Below, in pieces: positions 39,031-52,651 of a stretch of 64,000 nt of DNA (position 1 is the first letter of the stretch; each line of letters starts with the position of its first letter). The notes beneath the pieces are model-generated. The model did no database searches, had not been told where the DNA came from, and was given only the letters and a program-made list of their open reading frames with translations. The DNA lies in the NCBI RefSeq assembly GCF_002571385.2, contig NW_019217861.1, positions 261,766 through 325,765 of the forward strand, in the 5' to 3' direction. A program made the translations under genes and the position numbers. The DNA comes from Stylophora pistillata (Eukaryota).

Positions 39031-40626
39031 TGAGTTATGCTTATTGACATTAAAGGTGGTCCAAAAGGAAAACTGCAGAAAAAAAAAATTAATAAAAAGC
39101 AAAACGAAAAAGGGCGACGAAAATGATGACAATATGGGAAAAAATAAATAAAAAAGACAGGAAAGACAGGTTTGTCTGACTGAGAGTGTAATAGAGCGTT
39201 TCTGGTCAAGAATAAAGGAAATGAGTCATACCTAAAACTGATAGAGGCGATGTAAAAGAGGACATTAGCACAACCTCATTTGCCGGGCTCGTTAAACTCG
39301 ACGATTCGGACACTTCTTAAAGAAGCTATCCATGTGGACGCATTTACTTTAAATGCATTTCTTTCATTTTCATCAGACACGGCTTTTATCTGTTTGATCA
39401 ATCAACAAGGACTTGCAATGTTCGAATCTTCTAGCCGCTTTGCGATTTTGGACACTAATGGCCGATTTTGGACACCATTGGCCCACAATAGAAGAGGAAA
39501 GACTTCTCAGCCCAGAACGAAGTCTGCCAAGTTTTGCCCAATATTCCGTGATCTTGGCTTTTGTTTGTTTCGGAACATCTTCGATATTTCAACACTTGGC
39601 GACGATTTCTTCGGATTACTTCGAATGTTACTCGGAATTAGCCCGTGATCATACTGTTTCGCGGTGCTACGTGTTGTTTTGTTTCAGGATGGCGCGTGAA
39701 AAAAACATAGCTTTACCTTAGTGAAATGACTTGACGGAGCATCGTGATAATTTGAAGGATTTTCTTCTCAAGAGAGAGCATTGTAATGTTTGAATCAGTG
39801 AATTATGCCCCATAGATCCGAAGATAAATTTTTTTCAGTTCTTGTCGCGACACACAAAAGATGATGAACATCTCAAAATAATTTAACAGTGCCGTCTTCG
39901 GTACGTAATTTACTTGCAGAAATAACGACGTGGGAACTTTTGAAAAAAATTTTGCTTATTCGAAAGGAGAGCATTTGACCGGATCGGAGCCGCTAAATTT
40001 GCGAAGCAAGCGAGGTCCGAAATACCTTGAGTTTCACAAGGTGACCCTATGTGATGGGATGATGGTGCGGGTGAATGGCGGGATATCCTTAAACGTGGAA
40101 TAAGTTACGGTTAACGTATTCCCTTCCTTCCTTCATTCTTAAATGTAGTCCTATCAAAAAACCGTTGGGGAAAATATGAAAGCTTTGGAACTTGTTGTGA
40201 TTTATAAGTGTAGGGAGCAAAGGGCGAGATAAAACTTGCATCAAAAAGTAATTATTTATTCATGTTCGTCTCACACCTTAGGTCAGCGTGCAATGTGGTT
40301 GAAGGAGTTGAAGTGTTTCGCTTCTTCGCACAGAAACTCGACGTATTCTGGCGGTTTCTGCGCTCGTAACAACTTCTAATAGTATTTTTAAGACAACTGC
40401 TTCCTTATGTCAGGCTTAGGAGCCCAAGTGTGGAGATACTGTTGGTGAGAGACTGCGCAGTACTCTCTACTTCGAAGGTCTAGTCAAAACCTATCTCCTT
40501 CATAAATAATTTACAGAATTTTTGATAACTTCGTCTCAGATTTTTATTCTGTCAGTCTTCTGAAAGATACTAGAGAAACATTCTTATCTGTAAGTTGTCT
40601 TTGTCATCTCGTTCACAGTTAAGCAA

Positions 40627-41002
40627 GACACTTTCGCTTTTGTGCTCTGGGTTTGCCGAGTTACCTTACAAGCCAGTCTCTGGACCACTGGAGTTTTTTT
40701 TGTAAAAACTTGTGTTTTTTTAACTGCTATCCAGGCAGTTAAAACTTTCACACTTTCAGACACTTTCAGACACTTTCGCTTTTGTGCTCTGGGTTTGCCG
40801 AGTTACCTTACAAGCCAGTCTCTGGACCACTGGAGTTTTTTTTTGTAAAAACTTGTTTTTTTTAACTGCTATCCAGGCAGTTAAAACTTTNAGACACTTT
40901 CGCTTTTGTGCTCTGGGTTTGCCGAGTTACCTTACAAGCCGGTCTCTGGACCACTGGAGTTTCTTTTGTAAAAACTTGTTTTTTTTTAACTGCTATCCAG
41001 GC
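40627..41002. repeat. Near-identical ~125-140-bp tandem triplication containing a single N
   Basis: agacactttcgcttttgtgctctgggtttgccgagttacc... at about 40627, 40768 and 40892. It is followed by PGYLRNKFSFRSVSYNLRG, which resembles a CR1/L2 LINE C-terminus. Confidence 0.8.
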
Positions 41003-41110
41003 TATCTAAGGAATAAGTTTAGTTTCCGGTCTGTATCCTATAATCTACGCGGCACTCGACAAGACGGCTCTATTACCCCGCTGTTGCTTATTGTAGGTTG
41101 TTGATTTACT

Positions 41111-43130
41111 CTTTAAAGCAGAATCTTTTAATTTTAAGATCTCCAAGAATTTCTTTCTGGGAATTTTTCTTTTCTCGGAAAAAAATCCCAGAAATAAATT
41201 CTTGGAGATCTTAAAATTAAAAATAACTCTCCTCCTTTAAAGATTAAAAAGAGAAAGAAAAGTGACCGAAGGGGCCGGAACCCCTCAGATGTGCTTTAAC
41301 AATTAAATTAAACGACGGCTGGGGGATACATCCGCCGCTTAATTTGAATTGTTAAATGTGCACTACCGCTAGACCACAGAGGCTTTTGGTAAGAGGACAC
41401 GGCAAATTTTCATTAGAAGTAGGTTCGCTACCATTGTTAATTGAAACAATAGGTTCGTTCAGAACCTGTCTCACCTGGGTGGGAATAAATTTTTTTTATT
41501 TTCTACCTTTGTCCAAAAAAAAATTTCATCTGCCATTTCATAATCGTATTGCATTCCACTGAATATATTATTTGACTTTTCAAGGTAAGATTTTTCCAGC
41601 CCAAATGTCTCTTGCCACTCAAGATCAAAAATTAAACTATGCAAATGGGGCTAATGAAGTAAATCCTTGTAGTGTAGGGTTACACAAGAGACCAAGAAAA
41701 CCGTGTAAAGCAAAATTAACATAGAGTCAATATATTTTTATTTGTAAATGTCTCAAAAGTTTGAGATGTCGACTTTCATCTTATCGTGTATTGTCACTGT
41801 AGCTTTCATGAAATTAAAACAACATGTCACTTTGGCAAATTTTAAAACGACTTTATTCTACTAGTAGAAGTCTTATAACAACGTTTCAATTGTATTACTT
41901 CTGCACGACTTTCATAGATTTTTAACGACTTTTTTACTTGCACTACTACTGCTAGACTTTGACAGATTTTTGAAGATCTTTTCTCATTACACTACTTATG
42001 CAGTTGAGAATTTTTGATCGAATTTTCAGCTGCATTTTGACTGATTTCACAACGACTTTTCACTCGCATTGCTACATTTTGAAGATGACGTTTTAGTTTC
42101 ACTGCTATGACTAGATTGTGATAGATTTCGAAACGACTCTTTAGTTGCACTGCTAGTTTGACAGATGTTTAAGACATTTACTTGCATTACTACTGCTAGA
42201 CTTTGACAGATTTTAGAATGACCATTCACTTGCATCATAACTGCTAAGCTAAACATATTCTTGAAGACTTTCAACTCGCACTTACAAATTTCAAAATTCT
42301 TGCCGAATGACTTTTTGACGTCTACTATTTCAGAATTTTCACAACTTTTTGAGCGATTTTTCAGCGGCACGTTTACGATAAATTTTTAAACCACTCCAAA
42401 CAAAGAAAGTTTTCTACGACATTCTGCCTTCTCAACGAAAATTCCCCCCAATAAAGTAAGACTTATTCACTTAAAAGGTTTGGTATGGGCAACATTTTAC
42501 GACTCTTAATAGGTAAAGTAACACTTGAATAAAATTTCAAAACTACTCTCGCTGCTACGAAGACGTAAAAAAATTCTTACTTCACTTGACAGTTCTTGTT
42601 ATTGGCTTAGATAAAAAATAGACAGAGACTTCTCTCGTTTCCTTCTTCAATAATGAAATTCCAGCAACCTGCAAAAAGAAAGCAAGAATGCAAGGTGAAC
42701 ACAATAGACCCACACATCTCAGAAGGAGGATGATCAGGATCAATCACAATTTCCAATCTATTATTTCTAGGAACAAAGGGAGCCAACCTAATTCTAGGGT
42801 ATTTTTGCCGAGATTTCTCACCAAAACCTCTGTGGTCTAGCGGTAGTGCACATTTAACAACTCAAATCGAACGACGGCCGTATCCCGCCGTCGTTTGATT
42901 TAAGTTGTTAAAGCAACTCCTGGGGGCCTAAGGCCCCGTTGGTCGGTTTTCTTAATTCATTTAATTTTAGGAGCTCCGAATATTTTTATCCGAAAAATTA
43001 CTTCTTCAGAAAAAAATTCTCGAAGCTCTTAAAATCAAATAAATTCCTGCTCCTTTAAAGATTAAAGATAAAAAAATGCAAACTTTCAACTTAAATTTAA
43101 ACGACGATCAGTAGGTATGGTCGTCGAACG
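41111..43130. repeat. Long diverged inverted repeat (41111-41435 vs 42775-43060), each arm made of nested hairpins
   Basis: Exact 34-bp inverted core 41349-41382 / 42827-42860. Hairpins at 41126-41222, 41295-41356, 42853-42912 and 42959-43040. Confidence 0.85.
41825..42420. repeat. Degenerate ~40-48-bp tandem array between the inverted arms
   Basis: Recurring acttgcactactactgctagactttgacagatttt and acgacttt motifs. Confidence 0.7.
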
Positions 43131-43149
43131 AGCCAGGTAATGTGCAATA

Positions 43150-46100
43150 CCAAAAAAACATCAGTAATGCCAAATACAGAGAAAAAGAAGAAAACCCTGA
43201 CGAAAAAATATAATCTACAATAAACATCAAACTTGTAGAGCATTTCCTCTTTTAAAGGCATTCACAATCTTTTTCATGGAGACGTTTCTTTTGTTTCAGA
43301 TTTCTCTGATGGACATATAATTTTCAACTTTATCAGTAGTAAGAGTCAAATTCCATTCTTAGGAAATTGGATACCATCAATAAGATAATCTCAACTTTAC
43401 TTCAATATTCAATTGGCTTGTTTGAAATGAAGCAGTTGTAATATCTTGTAGATGTTTGTTCTATATGTGTTAGAAAATATTGATACACTTTTAGTTTGTG
43501 TTAAAATTTGAAAATTTTTCCCTCGATCTGTAGCAAACTTTTGCTTTTAAATTTTTATTCGTAGTTAAGCATTACCGTTTCGTTGGACAAAATGATCATT
43601 ATGTTTAAAATGGTTACTATTTTCGATCTACACAGATTGACACAAATTTATCGCCTCTTTTTTCTTTTACACAGCTACAGTTGTAAAAGAACACATCGAA
43701 GGCTCTCCAGTAAGACTGTCATATAAAAGACTTAAAACGATGTAGCACAGTGCACACAAAACTCGATGAGAAGGAAGCTGATTTTGTAACTAGAAACCAA
43801 AACTTTCTCCCATAAACGCACGTTCAGGTTTTTTTCCTTGGGTTCCCTTTTGTTTAAAAATATGTGTATCATGGAATTCAATTCCGTAAAAACAATCTGT
43901 ATGGTTTTAAGGTGAATTGTCTGAATTTTTCACTTATTCCCAACTTGTCTAAATTTGTCACGGATCACAATTATTTGTCTTTTTCATTCTGAATCAATTT
44001 CCCGTTTTTAAAAAACAGCTGTTCCATTATCCAGTTGATTCCATTATGATCTCTCTATATTGGTAAATACACTATTTGTTAGCCAAATTTCCTTTGAGTT
44101 ATTGTACTTCTTGACTTAACAAAAACGTTCACTAATGGAAGCATTTCCTCTGTAGGGTAAGCCACATCTTTTCCTACTAAGTTCAGTATTTCTCCATTAA
44201 GCTTCCATCAAAATTTATCAAATGATCAGGAAGATAGCTTCCATTTTGGTACGTAACTTTTAAAAAATCAGTATCAGCTTAGTTCATGTGTACTGATGCT
44301 ATAAAGTAGAAAGAGCATAGTTATCTGTTCGAGAAAAAGTATTAGACAACCTTAAGAAGTTTTTCATACACGCATAGAACTCTTTCTGAACCCTCGCTTC
44401 TAAAAACTCTTTGATGATGATCCATTGCTTTACATGGAAGCTGCCTTGGAGTGAATCTAATCTTTAAAATAAAGTAAAAAATATCGAAATTGTTTGAGTT
44501 GATGATCGAAGTTTTTCATTTGTCAACTAGCTATAGTTCATAATTTTTTGCAACACATTTTTCAATTGTCAAACTGAAACTGTTTTAAAATTGCTTAGAA
44601 CTACTTTACAGTTACAAAATAATTTCTCTTTTGGTGAAATTTTTCTGTTTAAAGGTCTCAGTAAATTTGAGAACTATTCTTTTCAGTTCAAAACCTTTTT
44701 CTTTGCTGATGAAAGAATATCCTCTTTTACTGAGGACAATCCGCTGATCTAGAATTTTTGTTCAATCAAGTGGCAACCTGAATTAGGAGAGGAGTACCTT
44801 GACTTTGCTGCACAATTTTTAACATTAACATCCTCTGTTTCTGTCGATGAACAACTTACGAGCGACAAAAAACATTTTCCATGGTACGACCTCGTTCTGA
44901 AAAGCTTAGAAATATATCCCTGACACAAAAAAACGCGACTGCCTTAGTATGTACAATTTTGCATCAACAGGTTACGATCTCACTCGTCTACTCTGTTAAT
45001 TGTTGGTCTACTATCCTTAAGCATTCTTATAAAGGTAACTTTCGGTAATATTTTTGGCCCTTCCTAGATGGATATTGTAAAAAAAAAAAAAGATTAGATC
45101 GCCAGGAGACCCTTGTAGAAGTAATAAAGAGATTACTTCATGGAAAATGCGCGCGTACAATTCTTATTCACTCGTTGAGGAGTATCAGAAAACTCACTCG
45201 TTCGTTTTCTGATACTTCTCAACGAGTGAATAAAATCGTACAAAGCATTTTCCATGGTGTAATTTGTTTATTTTATAGATATTGAGCATCTTAAACGTAA
45301 AAGAGGATAACCTGAATTTTGCTTTTTAATTTGAAACATTAAATCGATGGTTTTAATTTTATAGGAAAAAAGTACTATCCGTGAACAAACACATCGTTAT
45401 CTCTCTTTTAAGAACTTCTTTTGCAGAGCAAGTAGCTTTACCCCTTTTGATACCACATGAATTTTTAGTGAATGACTCTTTTTCAAGTTGTAGAAATGTA
45501 AAGAAATAGTTCCCAACGTAATAGCCGCCGTTCTATCTTAGCTCCTTTAGCTTGCAGATATGAATGAGATTGATACTTTGTACCCTTCCAAAATAGGTTT
45601 CTGAAAAGCTTTAGTTTGTCAGGGACCTTAGAGATTTATATAAACACATACTTAAGTAATTTCATTGGTAAATAAGGAAACTAGTCGAGGTACTACCACA
45701 AGCAAAACATTGAAAATCGAGTAAATTACTTAGCTTTACTAACTTCAGTTAAAAATTTTCCTTCGACACTTTTCGCCTGCTGAAACTTTCTTCGATGAGT
45801 TATTCATTGCATTGGTTCTATCCCTTGGAAATCAGATAATGTGCAAATGGTATCCTCGATACCTTGTATCAAAATTCTCACTATAAAATGTTGAATATGA
45901 TTTTTGAGATAAAAAAAAAAAGTAGCAATTTTTTCGGGTCTTTATCGTTAAATAACTAACGACTTAAGTAGTCTCCTATTCAAATTCAGAACTTGTCTTC
46001 CTTGATTGAAAAATTTTGTCTCACTTAAAAAAGTGAAATTCAAAATCAACGATTGACAAATACTAAACAACACCTTCTCCTAAATTAAATACACCCATAA

Positions 46101-47260
46101 TGTTCGCTCACTTTCCTCGAGAAATATAAAAGGCTGTCTGCTCAATTGACAAAAAAAACAATTTTCCACTTGGTAAATATTTCTCACATAGGTAAAACCA
46201 ATTGCAAATATCTTTTCTAAATTAAAAAGTTATCTATGGCAACATGGGTGTAAAAAGGCTAATCTCCGTACTGCTGTCCAAATTACGATTGTTAACATTA
46301 CAAGCTTTCACTGCTAGAAGCTACGGTTAGGAAAATTATCTTAGAAGACCTACTTCCAAAGAGGCATAAAACCATAGCATTAGAAGTTTCCTTTGGCGAT
46401 GGATACATTTAATGAAACAATAGATACGTAGGAGTCGAATTTTATCCCTTAGAAAGTAACTTATGTGCAATTGATTTTTAAAAAAATGATAGTCAATTAA
46501 TATCCTAAATTGATCGATAACTGGGTTCTTTTAATTATCGTTTTCAAACTACTTACTAACTTTGTTTAACGTTAATGTTTTGAACATAATTTCTCATTTC
46601 GAAAGGCGTTATTTCAACATGGAATTACATAGACCCTTCGATTCGACTTATTATAGTTAAAAAAGTAAATTTTTGGAGTTAGCTGAATATTTTCCCATAG
46701 TCTTTAATGTCTAACTTATTAAGAATATTTAGGAGACTTAGCAACTTATCTCTTGCAAGAACGTGTTTCATTCGAGAATCAACGGACCTTTTAACTGGTT
46801 TCAACCGCTCAATTTGTTTGGGCTGTCTTTTGTTCTTCACTCGAAAAGGTAATAGGTAATTTTTTAATCATACAAATGCCTTTCTTTAGATTTGTCTTTC
46901 TCTTTCTATCTTTATTATTTCCTTTGAAATCTTTCTTACATTGAAAAACGTAGCTTTCAATAGTTTTGAAAAACATCTTTGCGTTTTTGCAATAGTCTAG
47001 TGTTCTTTAAGACTAAGACGAACAAAAACAAGACAAGGAAACACGATGGCATTATCGGAATAATACATATTTTGGCGACGTTCTCGAAATTCCTACTGTA
47101 ATAGATTGCTTTGAAATACTTGCAAAACAATAATTCAAACAACTTACATTTAGCAGGTTTCTTCTTCATTCTTCTGTATATTTCCCATTACAAAGATCCA
47201 ATCCTCTTTGAGTCCTTGTTTTTATTTTATCCTTTCGACTTTGCAAATCCAATATAGGAA
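43150..47260. mobile_element. Decayed AT-rich intronless multi-ORF block, candidate Polinton/Maverick or endogenous DNA-virus relic
   Basis: Frames on both strands stay protein-like through scattered stops. Minus about 45650-45290: SETYFGRVQSINLIHICKLKELR*NGGYYVGNYFFTFLQLEKESFTKNSCGIKRGKATCSAKEVLKREITMCLFTD. Plus about 46235-46480: MATWV*KG*SPYCCPNYDC*HYKLSLLEATVRKIILEDLLPKRHKTIALEVSFGDGY. No hallmark gene recognised. Confidence 0.3.
45122..45277. repeat. Palindromic MITE-like insertion
   Basis: catggaaaatgc...gtacaattcttattcactcgttgaggagtatcagaaaac / gttttctgatacttctcaacgagtgaataaaatcgtac...gcattttccatg. Confidence 0.85.
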
Positions 47261-47629
47261 AAAAAGTGACTAATAAAATCAAACACACATGGTTAGTTTT
47301 CGTTTCATAAGATAAGATATAGTATGTTTAAACTAGTACTGCCGGTGTTGTTTGAGTGCTAATAGCCCAAATTCAGAAACTCTTTACGGTGGCCAACTCA
47401 CATTATCTACCTAGTTGAAAGAAACCAATTATCTTGCCACTTTAGGTGGTGTCAAGTTGAAGGATCATTAGACAAGCAACTGGTCTGTACTGTCTGCTGT
47501 TGGAAACCACTTCAATTATAACAAATCCAAGAAATAATAAAAAAAAGTTAATTTCTACGTAGACTTTTTTTTTCTATTTTCCATAACTTCTGACTCTGAC
47601 TAGTTTTAGCGTTCAATGCAGACCAGACT

Positions 47630-49690
47630 TACTGCACGAGATACTAACGTACGAATCCAGCGTTAGAGAATTCAAAAAGTGCGCGAGTACTGAAGTAATA
47701 ATTCAAAGTACGATAATCCCAGAAAATACACGAGATACTAAAGTAACAATCCAAAGTAAGATGATCCGGAAAATGTGCGAGATACTATTGTAACAATCGA
47801 ATGTAAGATAATCCGAAAATGCGCGAGATACTAACGTAACAATGCAACGCAAGATACTACCTAAAAGTGGGCGATATGCTAACCTAACAATCCAGGGTAA
47901 GATAATCCTAAAGATGCGCGAGATATTAACGTAACGATGTACGTTAACGTAGCTAAGTTAGTCCAATGGAAGGGAATCCTTAGAATGCGCGAAATGGTAA
48001 GGTACCAATCCAATGTAAGATAGTCCTTAAAAAGCACGAGATAATAAGATTACTATCCTCTATAAGATAACCCTAAAAATGCGCAGGGTGTTAACGCATC
48101 AATCAAATATGAAATAATATAAATAGAGCGCGAAATATTATTGTAACCGTCCAATGTAAGATAATCCAAAAAGTGCGCGAGACACTGAAGGTACAATCCA
48201 GAGTTAGATAATCACAGAAGATGCGCGAGATAATGACGTACAAATCCAAAGTAAGATGATCCAAATAATGCCCGACATACTATTGCAACAATCGAATGTA
48301 AGGTAATTCAACAAAATGCGCGAGATACTGACGTAAAAATGCAATGTAAAATAATCAAAAAAGCATGCGATATCCTAACCTAAACATCCAATGTTATTTA
48401 ATCTTTCTTAAATGCACGGGAGACCTATGGGCGAAAATCAAACGTATTATTCAAATAAAATTTTATCCTAAAAGTGCGCGAGATACTTACGTAAATTCCA
48501 ATTTAAGATAATACTGAAAATGCGTGAGAAACTAATGCAAAAATTGAATACTAGATAATCCATTGTGCGCGAGAGACTAACGTTAGATTTGAATGCAATG
48601 TAATTCAAAAACTGCGCGAGATACCAACCTAACAATCAAATGTAAGACAATCCAAACTATGCACGATGTAGTTACGTAACAGTCCAATTTAAGATAATGC
48701 AAAAAGAACGGAAGATACTATTGTAACAATTCAAAGTTAGATAATCCTAAAAGTGCGCCACATACATNNNNNNNNNNNNNNNNNNNNNNNNNNNNNNNNN
48801 NNNNNNNNNNNNNNNNNNNNNNNNNNNNNNNNNNNNNNNNNNNNNNNNNNNNNNNNNNNNNNNNNNNNNNNNNNNNNNNNNNNNNNNNNNNNNNNNNNNN
48901 NNNNNNNNNNNNNNNNNNNNNNNNNNNNNNNNNNNNNNNNNNNNNNNNNNNNNNNNNNNNNNNNNNNNNNNNNNNNNNNNNNNNNNNNNNNNNNNNNNNN
49001 NNNNNNNNNNNNNNNNNNNNNNNNNNNNNNNNNNNNNNNNNNNNNNNNNNNNNNNNNNNNNNNNNNNNNNNNNNNNNNNNNNNNNNNNNNNNNNNNNNNN
49101 NNNNNNNNNNNNNNNNNNNNNNNNNNNNNNNNNNNNNNNNNNNNNNNNNNNNNNNNNNNNNNNNNNNNNNNNNNNNNNNNNNNNNNNNNNNNNNNNNNNN
49201 NNNNNNNNNNNNNNNNNNNNNNNNNNNNNNNNNNNNNNNNNNNNNNNNNNNNNNNNNNNNNNNNNNNNNNNNNNNNNNNNNNNNNNNNNNNNNNGTAACA
49301 ATCGAATGTAAGATAATCCTAAAAGTGCACGAGATATTAACGTAACAATCGAATGTAAGATAATCATAAAAGTGCGCGAGATATTAACGTAACAGTCGAA
49401 TGTAAGATAATCCTAAAAGTGCGCGAGATATTAACGTAACAATCGAATGTAAGATGGTCTTAAAAGTGTGCGAGATATTAACGTAACAATCGAATGTAAG
49501 ATAATCCTAAAAGTGTGCGAGATATTAACGTAACAAACGAATGTAAGATAATCCAAAGGTACACGAGACGTTAATGTAACAATCGAATGCAAGATAATTC
49601 TAAAAGTGCGCGAGATATCAATGTAATAATCGAATGTAAGATAATCCTAAAAGTGCGCGAAAAACCAACGTAACAGTGGAACGCGAGAGA
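47630..49690. repeat. 47-bp satellite array spanning an N-gap
   Basis: Unit gagatattaacgtaacaatcgaatgtaagataatcctaaaagtgcgc, period 47 (e.g. 49331 to 49378). Confidence 0.95.
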
Positions 49691-52068
49691 ATTTTATCGC
49701 TTTATTCTATTACATATTTGAAGTTGAAAAAAAGAACTTGCAATTGTTTCGTATCAACATTGCCTTAATCCATTTTATGATAAAAAAAAAAGGCGAAGAA
49801 AGAGCGTTTCTATCTCTCCCAAATTCTCTTAAGACGTCAAAATAACTTTTCGCTACATATTCCCTTCTGAAAGCCAGCAGTGTTTGCCCGGTGGCGATCC
49901 CAGAAACCTTTGCGCAAACACGAGGCTCCCATTATTGGCAACGCATCATCATCATTACCGCTTCTCTTCTTTATGTCAAAGAAGGACTAAATAGTTCTAA
50001 ACATCATTCATTATTCATATAAAAAAAGGAATGTTTGCCATTCACATCATTTTATAATTCTTGACTTAATTCCTGTTTTCTTAAAACAAGTCTACGTGAC
50101 AGCGTTTTTCACGATCACCCATTTTGGTTTGCATCAGTGGTTGGGTGTTAGAGAAGCAACAAGCGCGTTTACAACCATCCTAAGTGTGACCGACTGCGTG
50201 CATAACTGACTGCATGTAGAATAAAAACGAGTATAAAATGATAAGCGAAAAATTATTACATAAGCTATCAATGATGAGGATGACTTTATTTAAACTCGGA
50301 CGAAAATGAGGCTTGTTAGGCCTCTAGCATTAGAGATGCTAATATACCGAGGCAAAATATATGAATATAAATTACAGAGTTTAAAAATAAGATAAGCCTA
50401 AATATAAATGATGATATAAAATTACAAATTACTTAGATATCTTATCTCATTCCTAAAAGGGCCAAATTCGGCCATTAATCTTAGCTTATCAGGTAATGCT
50501 GATAATAAACTTATTACAAAGGAAGAACTGATCAGCGTCACTAGTATATCACGTGGTGCAATGAGAACTGTCATGGCGGCTGCAGTTGAGGGATTGTCTT
50601 ACTCTGTATCGTGCTTGGCATGCACTCATTTCCTTTTTGTATCTTACTCCGCAATTTGATCTTATTTTCGAGGGCAAAGGCGAGAGATACGGGCACTGTA
50701 TTTCAGTCAAATATGCTTTCATACGTGTGATATTTACCTCAAGAAAACTTGTGACTAAATGACGTCAATCAATCCTCGACGTCAAATCAGTTCAGCTACC
50801 CTAATCAGCAACTTCGAAGAAACACACGCTGGACTTGAATGAACGGAGAATATCTAAGGTTATGACGTAGAAGTGATATGTTTTGTGGCCATGGGGAAGC
50901 TGCCAAAGACACTGCAATTTCTTGAACTTCATACGCTCTTTCCACGTGAAAGACTGATCGTAAACATGAATAATAAATTCTAAGAACTAATTGTAATTCA
51001 AATGAGTTTTCCGACGACCGACCGAAAAGGATCGAATTGCTCGTTGGTCACTGAATGTTATTCAATTACATAACGAAATGGGAAGGTCAGCTGATAGCTG
51101 ATTTTAAACTGGATGAATAGCTGTAGAGAAGTGCAAATATTTGTGTAATTGTAGAAATACCTTTTCAAACTCAGATGGGAACGAATCCTTAAAAATGCAT
51201 ATGAAAAAATAAATGAAAATTCCTCAGAAGGCATTATTCGAGGAACTGAATTGCCCGGTTTCCTACAGGAAACAACCAAACAAACAAACCACTTTTTTAA
51301 CTATTTGCATTATTGAAGGGGAACTTGTTGTTATAGATGTGTTTGGCCGCCATATTTACAATGTTATAAGTGAAATATGAATTGTTTGTCACATGCTTTT
51401 AAGTCACCTACGATTTTGCTGAGGTCGCCAAATTTCGCCAGCCTGCTATTTTGCTCGTTTTCGACAGGCGAAGAGGTCAAGTGATTAGTCATGTGATATA
51501 AGGGTTAGCTACTATTGGCTCGTTTAGCTAACCTATTATGGACGAATTTTCTCTCAGTAGAGTTGATGTTGTACTCTTTAATTGACTATATTTCTGCAGG
51601 GGGGTGGGGTAGGGAATAAGGCAATAATTTATGTACAGTAGGAGAGGAAATGCAGCGGGAACCTTTAAACAGACTACAAACTTAAGATCATCTCATTGGT
51701 CGATGTGTATTTGGATTTTGGAATTTTTTTTTTTTGTCCCTATCTAATTGCATTTTTAATCAATCAGTGCCCTACAGAACATGGAATTGGATCATTGAAC
51801 AGACCTTGTACACACAGGGCTGTCCAATGACCTATAAAACATTTAGTTTTTTTTTTTTTCAGATCTAGAAACAAGAACATTTTGACTGCGAGATAGTACT
51901 AGGAGATGACATTCTTTATTTCCAAGGCTCAATATAAAATTGTAACATACCTTGAACGGATCTTCCTCACGACTTCGAAAACATATCGAGCAGGCTGAAG
52001 AGAACTTAAGAATAATTGAGGCTTCAAGAACGGCCAGTACCGCCCTCGTGCACGGTCAGTAAGAAGTC

Positions 52069-52081
52069 AATAATAATAATG

Positions 52082-52112
<31 letters not shown>

Positions 52113-52171
52113 NNNNNNNNNNNNNNNNNNNNNAAAAAACAAAACAAAAAACTACTACTACTAATAATAAT
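52069..52171. repeat. (AAT)n microsatellite with a short N-gap
   Basis: Directly visible. Confidence 0.9.
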
Positions 52172-52438
52172 ATAAAGATAGGGAAAATATTACGTCTAAT
52201 TTCGAGAACGAAAAAGTGTGTGCATTGGCACAAAGTTACATGCCAGGTATCACACATTTTAATCTCTGTGGACGAATTTATTATACTCAGATTTCTTTTA
52301 CTTTTGTTCACCATACTAAAGAAGCAGCTGCAAAGTCGACCGTCCTCATCACTCTCGATAGCAAATGGACGCTTTTTCTTTTCTTAACGATTTTACATCA
52401 CCATCAAATATCCGGAATGTGCAAATGTCCACATCAAT

Positions 52439-52651
52439 GTCGGGCATGCGCAGGGAGATCAATTTTTTGCCGGCCGCGCGCCTGATTCCCGCGCAAAAAT
52501 TTCAAAGCAAACATAAGAAACAATATATATGAAGAAAAAAAAATTGAAAACGTTAATAGAAATCTGTAGAAGGAAACACGTATGGATAAGGAAAAAATTA
52601 AGCCTTGTCAAACGCAGAGCTCACGGTATCCTGTTGATTTATCCATTTGTT
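52439..52651 (+). repeat. Dispersed ~200-bp repeat, copy 2
   Basis: Matches 37828-38021. Confidence 0.85.

Noticed and set aside
40627-41002. Near-identical triplication as a biological array
   Set aside because: It contains a single-N join, so copy number may be an assembly artefact.
47630-49690. Regularly spaced repeats resembling a CRISPR array
   Set aside because: Head-to-tail 47-bp units with no unique spacers, no cas genes and a eukaryotic context. It is a satellite.
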